From contig OZ245046.1 in NCBI GenBank assembly GCA_965224245.1, positions 704,001 to 768,000 of the forward strand: 64,000 nt of DNA, given 5' to 3'. The notes below the pieces were generated by a model, which saw only the letters and a program-made list of their open reading frames with translations, made no database searches and had not been told where the DNA came from. How positions within the stretch are numbered: the first letter of the stretch is position 1; the number at the start of each line of letters is the position of its first letter. This document shows, in pieces, positions 58,594-64,000 of the stretch. Position numbers and translations under genes: made by a program. This DNA is from Candidatus Eiseniibacteriota bacterium. GTDB lineage: Bacteria > Eisenbacteria > RBG-16-71-46 > CAZAMP01.

Positions 58594-60246
58594 GTGCCCC
58601 TGCGGGCGACGACGGTCCTGACAGCGCTCGCTTCGCTCGTCGCGGTGGCCGAGGAGGCGCCGCCGTCGGCCCCCGGCACGCCGCCGGCCGACATCGAGGC
58701 GGTACCGGCGGCGGCCCCCGCCGACACGACGACGACCGCCGTTCCCGACTCGACCGTCCCCGGCTCGACCGTCCCGGTCCCGAGCCTTCCGGGTCCGGCC
58801 GGTCCCGGGTCGAGCGATCCCGCTGCCGCCGGTGCCGACTCCGCCCGCACCCCTCCGGGTGTCGACGACGCCGTTGTGCCGGCCGACATCCCCGCGATCG
58901 ATGCTCGAGCGGAGTTTCTCCGGCTCCGTCGCCTGACGATCCCGGTGGGCGGCGACAGCGAGCGGCTCTGGACGCTCACGCCCGAGGGCGCGTTCGTGGT
59001 GGACGGTCGCACGGCCACCCGGACGCTGACCGCGTCGAGCTGGCAGGGTGATCTGGCGACGTTCGCGACCACGACGCGCGGGTATCTGCTGGCCACGTCC
59101 GAGGGCGTCTGGGAGATGCGCCTCAACGACGGCGACGTGCGGTTCCTGCCCGAGCTGGAGCCCGAGGGCGTGTATCGCTTCCACCAGGACGCGGCCTTCA
59201 CGGCGTCGCGGGTGTATCGCCTGGACCGGCCCTGGGAGCGATACCCGTACGAGGGCTTCACGTTCGACCAGCTGAACGACGTGCTGCAGATCGCCGACAC
59301 GCTGCTCGTCGCCACGACCAAGGGACTCAAGCGCCTTCTGTGGGATCGGCGCGCCTGGGACGACGCGCCGATCGGTCGCGAAGCCGAGACTGCGCACCTC
59401 GTGCGCTTCTTGCCGCCGTCCACGCACAACCAGATCCTGAGCCCCGACAGCTCGATGATTGCGACGCCGCCGCTGGTGGTGGGCCGACGCGAGCTGCTGT
59501 TCGAGCAGCCGGGGGCGCGCGACTGGCTCCCGGTCGAGGGCCTCGCGTTCCGGCCGGTCAGTCGTGCGGACGCGGACAGCACGTACCGGCAGATCGATCG
59601 CCTCCTGTTTCAGGACGACGCGAAGGGTCGCGAGGCCGACGTGTGGCGGCGCTGGCTCGTGATGCCGACCGGCGTGTGCCGGCTCGAGCTGCCCGCCGGC
59701 GGGACGCCGTTCGTGACGATGAAGTTCCCGCTCACCGGGGACGTCCGGGCCACCTGGGAGCAAGACGAGACGTTCGCCTGGGTGGCCACCACGAGGGATC
59801 TGTTCTGTGTGGATCGAGAGTTCGAGCAGGTCTACCGCTTCTTCGAGGAGAACTACTTCGTGTGGGGCTTCCTCGGCGAGCCGCGACGGTTCTCGCAGGA
59901 AGTCACCGACGAGCGCGGCTGGTACTGTCTGGCGTCGGACGGCGTGATCGAGGTGTTCACCGATTCGTGGACCTGGGAGTCCTACGGACCGGGCGGCGTA
60001 CGGGTCGACGACGTGCTCGCGACCGCGGCCGACGAGGACGGGTTCTGGATCGGCACCACGCACGGCCTCCGGTGGTTCGACGCGCTGGGCCGCGCGTGGA
60101 GGCCGCGCGACCTGCCCGGGCCGCTGGCCGAGGGCGCCGTGCTGAAGCTCGAGTGGCAGGGGAACGACCTCTTCGCGGTGACCGACGACCGGGTGTACGT
60201 CTCCACGTTCCGGTCGCGGCAGTGGACCGAGGTCGGTCGGCTGTGA
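58594..60246 (+). CDS. Secreted hypothetical protein with Pro-rich linker and beta-propeller-like repeats
   Basis: Hydrophobic N-terminus; LATSEGVW, VATTKGL, WVATTRDL, WIGTTHGL; coupled to ggt. Start uncertain. Confidence 0.6.
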   Translation: MPLRATTVLTALASLVAVAEEAPPSAPGTPPADIEAVPAAAPADTTTTAVPDSTVPGSTVPVPSLPGPAGPGSSDPAAAGADSARTPPGVDDAVVPADIPAIDARAEFLRLRRLTIPVGGDSERLWTLTPEGAFVVDGRTATRTLTASSWQGDLATFATTTRGYLLATSEGVWEMRLNDGDVRFLPELEPEGVYRFHQDAAFTASRVYRLDRPWERYPYEGFTFDQLNDVLQIADTLLVATTKGLKRLLWDRRAWDDAPIGREAETAHLVRFLPPSTHNQILSPDSSMIATPPLVVGRRELLFEQPGARDWLPVEGLAFRPVSRADADSTYRQIDRLLFQDDAKGREADVWRRWLVMPTGVCRLELPAGGTPFVTMKFPLTGDVRATWEQDETFAWVATTRDLFCVDREFEQVYRFFEENYFVWGFLGEPRRFSQEVTDERGWYCLASDGVIEVFTDSWTWESYGPGGVRVDDVLATAADEDGFWIGTTHGLRWFDALGRAWRPRDLPGPLAEGAVLKLEWQGNDLFAVTDDRVYVSTFRSRQWTEVGRL

Positions 60247-62036
60247 CGGGCGCGCGCACGGCGCTCCTCGTGGCGCTCGTGTTCGGGCTCCCGGCGGCCG
60301 CGGCGGCCGCGGCGGCCGGCTCGGGTCCGGAGGCGGTCTGGCCGCCCCCGCAGTGGATGGACCTCGATGTCGACCCCACGCCCGTGGCCGTCGGATCCCG
60401 CGCGATGGTGACCACCGCGAACGCGTGGGCCACTCAGGCCGGGCTCGATGCGCTGGAGCGCGGCGGCTCGGCGATCGACGCGGCGGTCGCGATCCAGTTC
60501 GTCCTGAACGTCGTCGAGCCGCAGTCCTCGGGCATCGGCGGCGGCTGCTTCATCGTGTATCTGCCCCCCGGCGCCGACGCTCCGATCACGATCGACGGGC
60601 GGGAGACCGCCCCCGCGGCGGCCACGCCCGAGCTGTTCCTGGAGCCGTCGGGCGAGCCCATCCGCTATCTCCCGGACCGCGTGACCGGGGGGCTCGCGGT
60701 GGGGGTCCCGGGGACGCTCGCGGCGCTCGCGGAGGCACACGCACGGCACGGACGGCTCGACTGGGCCGAGCTGATCGAGCCGGCGATCGAGCTGGCCGAG
60801 AGGGGATTTCCGGTCAGTCGCCGCCTCCACGAGACCATCCGCTTCGAGCGGGCGCGTCTGTCACGATTTCCCGCCACCCGGGACGCGCTGTTCGAGCCCG
60901 ACGGATCGGCGCTTCGCGTCGGACGTCGCTGGCGGCAGCCCGAGCTCGCCGCGACGTTCCGTCGCATCGCGCGCGACGGGGTGGATGCGTTCTACCGAGG
61001 TGAGATCGCCGAGGACGTGGCCGGGTGCGTGGCCGGCGCGCCGGTGCGACCGGGGTTGATGACGGTGGCGGACCTCGCCGCGTACCGCGCGATCCGGCGC
61101 GAGCCCGTGCGCGGGCGCTACCGCGGTGTCGACGTGTTCGGCATCGGGCCGCCGTCGTCCGGCGGAACGACTCTGATCGAGATCCTCCAGATCCTCGACG
61201 GCTTCGATCTCGGCTCCGCGCCGCTATCGGTCGAGGCGATGCATCGGATGCTCGAGGCATCCCGGCTCGCGTTCGCCGACCGCAACCGCTACGTCGGTGA
61301 CCCCGACTTCGTCGACGTGCCCACCTCGATGCTGACCGACGCCGGCTTCGCCGCCACGCGACGTGCGGAGATCGATCCCGCGCGTGCCGCCGAGGGCGTG
61401 GTCGGAGCCGCCGATGTCGGGGCGCGCGAGAGCCAGGAGACCTCGCACTACTCGGTGTACGCGCCCGACGGGGGCATTCTGGCCGTCACGACCACGCTCG
61501 AGCAGAACTTCGGGTCCGGCATGATCGTGCCGGGTCGCGGGTTCTTCCTGAACAACGAGCTCTCGGACTTCGACGCCGTGCCGGTGGACGCCGAGGGGCG
61601 CGCTCTTCCCAACCGCGTGCAGGCGGGAAAGCGGCCGCGCTCGAGCATGGCGCCGACGCTCCTCGTGAAGGACGGCCGGCCGTTCATGGCCGTGGGATCG
61701 CCGGGCGGGTCGCGGATCATCGGCATCACGCTGATGGTGATTCTCGGCGTCGTCGACTGGCAGCTCGACGTGCAGCAGGCGATCGATCTGCCGCGTGCGT
61801 TCAACAGGGGTCGCGACGTCTCCGAGGCGGAGATCCTGTACTTCGATGCGCCGTCGCTGGAGGCGCTCTACGGACGATCGGGTCTCGTGGACTCGCTCGA
61901 GGCCATGGGTCATCGATTGCTCCGGCCGAAGCAGGGCTACCGGGGCGTCGGCGGGGTCCACGCGATCGTGGTCGAGAGCGGCCGGGTCACCGGCGGAGCC
62001 GATCCGCGCCGCGAAGGAGTGGCGCTTGGGTACTGA
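60243..62036 (+). CDS. ggt: Gamma-glutamyltransferase
   Basis: GGSAIDAAVA, EPQSSGIGGG, DGRETAP, PPSSGG, ETSHYS, LNNELSDF, KRPRSSMAPT, GSPGGSRI, GGADPRR. Confidence 0.93.
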   Translation: MTGARTALLVALVFGLPAAAAAAAAGSGPEAVWPPPQWMDLDVDPTPVAVGSRAMVTTANAWATQAGLDALERGGSAIDAAVAIQFVLNVVEPQSSGIGGGCFIVYLPPGADAPITIDGRETAPAAATPELFLEPSGEPIRYLPDRVTGGLAVGVPGTLAALAEAHARHGRLDWAELIEPAIELAERGFPVSRRLHETIRFERARLSRFPATRDALFEPDGSALRVGRRWRQPELAATFRRIARDGVDAFYRGEIAEDVAGCVAGAPVRPGLMTVADLAAYRAIRREPVRGRYRGVDVFGIGPPSSGGTTLIEILQILDGFDLGSAPLSVEAMHRMLEASRLAFADRNRYVGDPDFVDVPTSMLTDAGFAATRRAEIDPARAAEGVVGAADVGARESQETSHYSVYAPDGGILAVTTTLEQNFGSGMIVPGRGFFLNNELSDFDAVPVDAEGRALPNRVQAGKRPRSSMAPTLLVKDGRPFMAVGSPGGSRIIGITLMVILGVVDWQLDVQQAIDLPRAFNRGRDVSEAEILYFDAPSLEALYGRSGLVDSLEAMGHRLLRPKQGYRGVGGVHAIVVESGRVTGGADPRREGVALGY

Positions 62037-62072
62037 CCGGCCCGACGGCGCGCCGCACGCGAGGCACACCGC

Positions 62073-64000
62073 GTGAGCGAGTGGGTGCATCCCCTCGACG
62101 TCGCCCGGGTCGGCCTGGCGGCCGCGTGGCTCCTCGTGCCGGGCGTCGCGCTGGCGGTACGGCTCCGCTCCGGCATCTGGCAGACCCTGGTCGCCGGCGT
62201 CGCGCTGGGGCTGGTGTTCGGCGTTCTGGTGGCCTGGGGGCTCGCGCGCCTGGGGGCCTCACTGCCGGTGCTCCTCGCCGTCCTCGGGGTGTCGTCGACG
62301 GTGGCGCTCGTCGACCTCGCGCGCCATGCTCGATCGCGTGTCGCGAGCGCGCGAGCACGAGGATCCGAGCCGGTGCCGTCCGACCACGCCGCGGCGACGT
62401 CGGCCGGTGCCGCGGCGTGGGTGCTCGGGCGAGGCGATGCGATCACCGCGTGGGGGCTCGCGATCGGACTCGTCGTGTTCGGGATGGCGTCCACGCGTCC
62501 GATCGCCTCGTACAGCGATGTGCCGGACCATCTGGGCACGATCCGGACCACGATCGAGACCGGCGCGCTGGAGCCCAACGACGTCTTCTACGCCGGCGGC
62601 GACGGCATGCGCCCCGATGCCCGGAAGGGGTTCTTCCACGCGTGGCTGGCCGCGGTCGCCCGCGTGTCGGGACTGGATGCGGTGGCGTTCTGGTACGCGG
62701 TCCGTCCGTGGCTCGTCGGGCTGGTCGCGATGGCGGGCGCGTTCCTGGCCTGGGCCGCCGGCCTTCGCGGGGTCGGCTTTCGCGTCGCGCTGGTCGCGGT
62801 TCCGCTCGTGACGCACGGAAACGCGGCCTGGTTTCTCGACACCGCGGCCTATCCGCGAAACGCGAGCTGGATCCCGATCTGGGTGCTCTGGGGCGTCGTC
62901 CTGCGATCGATCGGGGAGGGGAGCGACCGCGCGCCGGCGCGGTCGCCGCGCATCCTCCAGGTGGCGGTGGTCCTGCTGTCGCTGTCGCTGGCGCCGTTTC
63001 ACGTCTTCGCGCCCGTGCTCGCGCTGTGTGGCCTGGCCAGCGTCGTGGCCGCGCTGATCGTCGGGCGTGAGGTCGCCGTCGTCAGGCGGCTGGGGCCGAT
63101 GCTGGCAATCGCGGGCGTCTGCGCGGTCGGTCCGCTCCTGGTGCGCCTCGTCCGGACCTACGCCCCGATCAATCCGCTTCACACGAACGTCAGCGAGGTC
63201 TTCTACCTGACCGACCGGCTGTCGCTGCACGCGCTGGGCCCGATGTTCACGAAGTTCTCCGCGACCGCGATCGGTCTGGCCGCGCTCTCGGTCTTCTGGC
63301 TCGTCCGTCGTCCGGTGCGGTCGCCGCAGCGGCTGGCCCTGGCGGGACTGGCCTGGGCGCCGCTCCTGGTGAGCCTGAACCCGATCGCGGGGGGGCTCCT
63401 CCAGCCCAAGATCGGGTACCTGTTCGTGCGCTTTCTCGGCATCGTGCCGTATCCGGTGATCGCGGGGGCGCTGGTCGCCGACGCGTGGCGCGCCCGATGG
63501 CGCGGATGGGAGCGCGCGCTGGTGCTGGTCGCGGTCCTCGTCGTGCTCGGCGGGCGGGTCATGCCGCTCGCCAACCGCTGTCGGCCCTCCGCCGCGATGG
63601 CCGACCTGGCCGTCAGTCCCGAGCGATGGAAGGGCGGGTTGACGGCGGCTCGCGCGGCGATCGACGAGCCGCGCGCCACCGTCCTCACCGATCCCTTCAC
63701 GTCGTACGGGCTCCCGGCCTACGCCGGGCTGCGCGTCGTGGCCACGCTGGACCAGCATTCGTCTCCGTCGGACAGCACGCTGGGGCCTCGTCTCGAGGAT
63801 GTGGCGCGGGCGCTGAGTCCGCATCGGCCGCTGGCCGAGGCGATCGACGTGCTCGAGCGGCGCGGCGTCCGGTACGTGCTCGTGAACACGGCCATGTCAC
63901 ACGTTCAGGAGACTCACTTCGACGTGCGGCATCCGGCGGACGCGCCCGCCGCGCGGGAGCGCTTCGCCTCGTCGGGCGCGTTTCGCACGATCTCGTCCGA
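62073..64000 (+). CDS. Polytopic membrane protein, GT-C glycosyltransferase-like, 3' end outside window
   Basis: Not in ORF track (no stop inside window). Hand translation from GTG 62073: LLVPG, several TM helices, loop SDVPDH, later VLTDPFTSYGLPAYAG and GVRYVLV. Confidence 0.55.
   Translation, partial: MSEWVHPLDVARVGLAAAWLLVPGVALAVRLRSGIWQTLVAGVALGLVFGVLVAWGLARLGASLPVLLAVLGVSSTVALVDLARHARSRVASARARGSEPVPSDHAAATSAGAAAWVLGRGDAITAWGLAIGLVVFGMASTRPIASYSDVPDHLGTIRTTIETGALEPNDVFYAGGDGMRPDARKGFFHAWLAAVARVSGLDAVAFWYAVRPWLVGLVAMAGAFLAWAAGLRGVGFRVALVAVPLVTHGNAAWFLDTAAYPRNASWIPIWVLWGVVLRSIGEGSDRAPARSPRILQVAVVLLSLSLAPFHVFAPVLALCGLASVVAALIVGREVAVVRRLGPMLAIAGVCAVGPLLVRLVRTYAPINPLHTNVSEVFYLTDRLSLHALGPMFTKFSATAIGLAALSVFWLVRRPVRSPQRLALAGLAWAPLLVSLNPIAGGLLQPKIGYLFVRFLGIVPYPVIAGALVADAWRARWRGWERALVLVAVLVVLGGRVMPLANRCRPSAAMADLAVSPERWKGGLTAARAAIDEPRATVLTDPFTSYGLPAYAGLRVVATLDQHSSPSDSTLGPRLEDVARALSPHRPLAEAIDVLERRGVRYVLVNTAMSHVQETHFDVRHPADAPAARERFASSGAFRTISS

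Noticed and set aside
1-64000. CRISPR arrays, tRNA/rRNA, IS elements, prophage or defence systems
   Set aside because: No spaced direct repeats, cloverleaf or rRNA signatures, recombinase or nuclease motifs, or obvious compositional island were seen by eye; a covariance-model search could still find small RNAs.

Overview
64 kb of very GC-rich bacterial DNA, densely coding with about 43 credible genes. Most ORF-track entries are GC-rich shadow frames. I saw no rRNA, tRNA, CRISPR array, integrase or transposase. Five secreted proteins end in an FlgD-Ig/T9SS-like C-terminal domain and one cytochrome ends in a 'TWGRIRASYR' tail. This suggests an FCB-group candidate phylum such as Eisenbacteria, Krumholzibacteriota or Latescibacterota (inference only). 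The main highlight is a divergently transcribed 9 kb cytochrome island (35069-44122) with 61 hand-counted heme-c motifs. It combines an ImcH-like heptaheme, a split CbcL-like c/b pair, a 17-heme anchored protein and two 13-heme lipoproteins, but no porin gene. Other highlights: a secreted tetraheme cytochrome with a putative C-terminal sorting tail; an ArsR-psrABC-YeeE-YeeE/rhodanese sulfur-respiration operon with a palindromic candidate operator; a CuA-like cupredoxin/polyferredoxin + FG-GAP + TPR operon; a secreted vanadium haloperoxidase-like protein; and an archaeal-type GAPDH-like gene. All calls come from reading motifs by eye; no database search was run. Many start codons were re-chosen from RBS, signal-peptide and stop/start overlap evidence.
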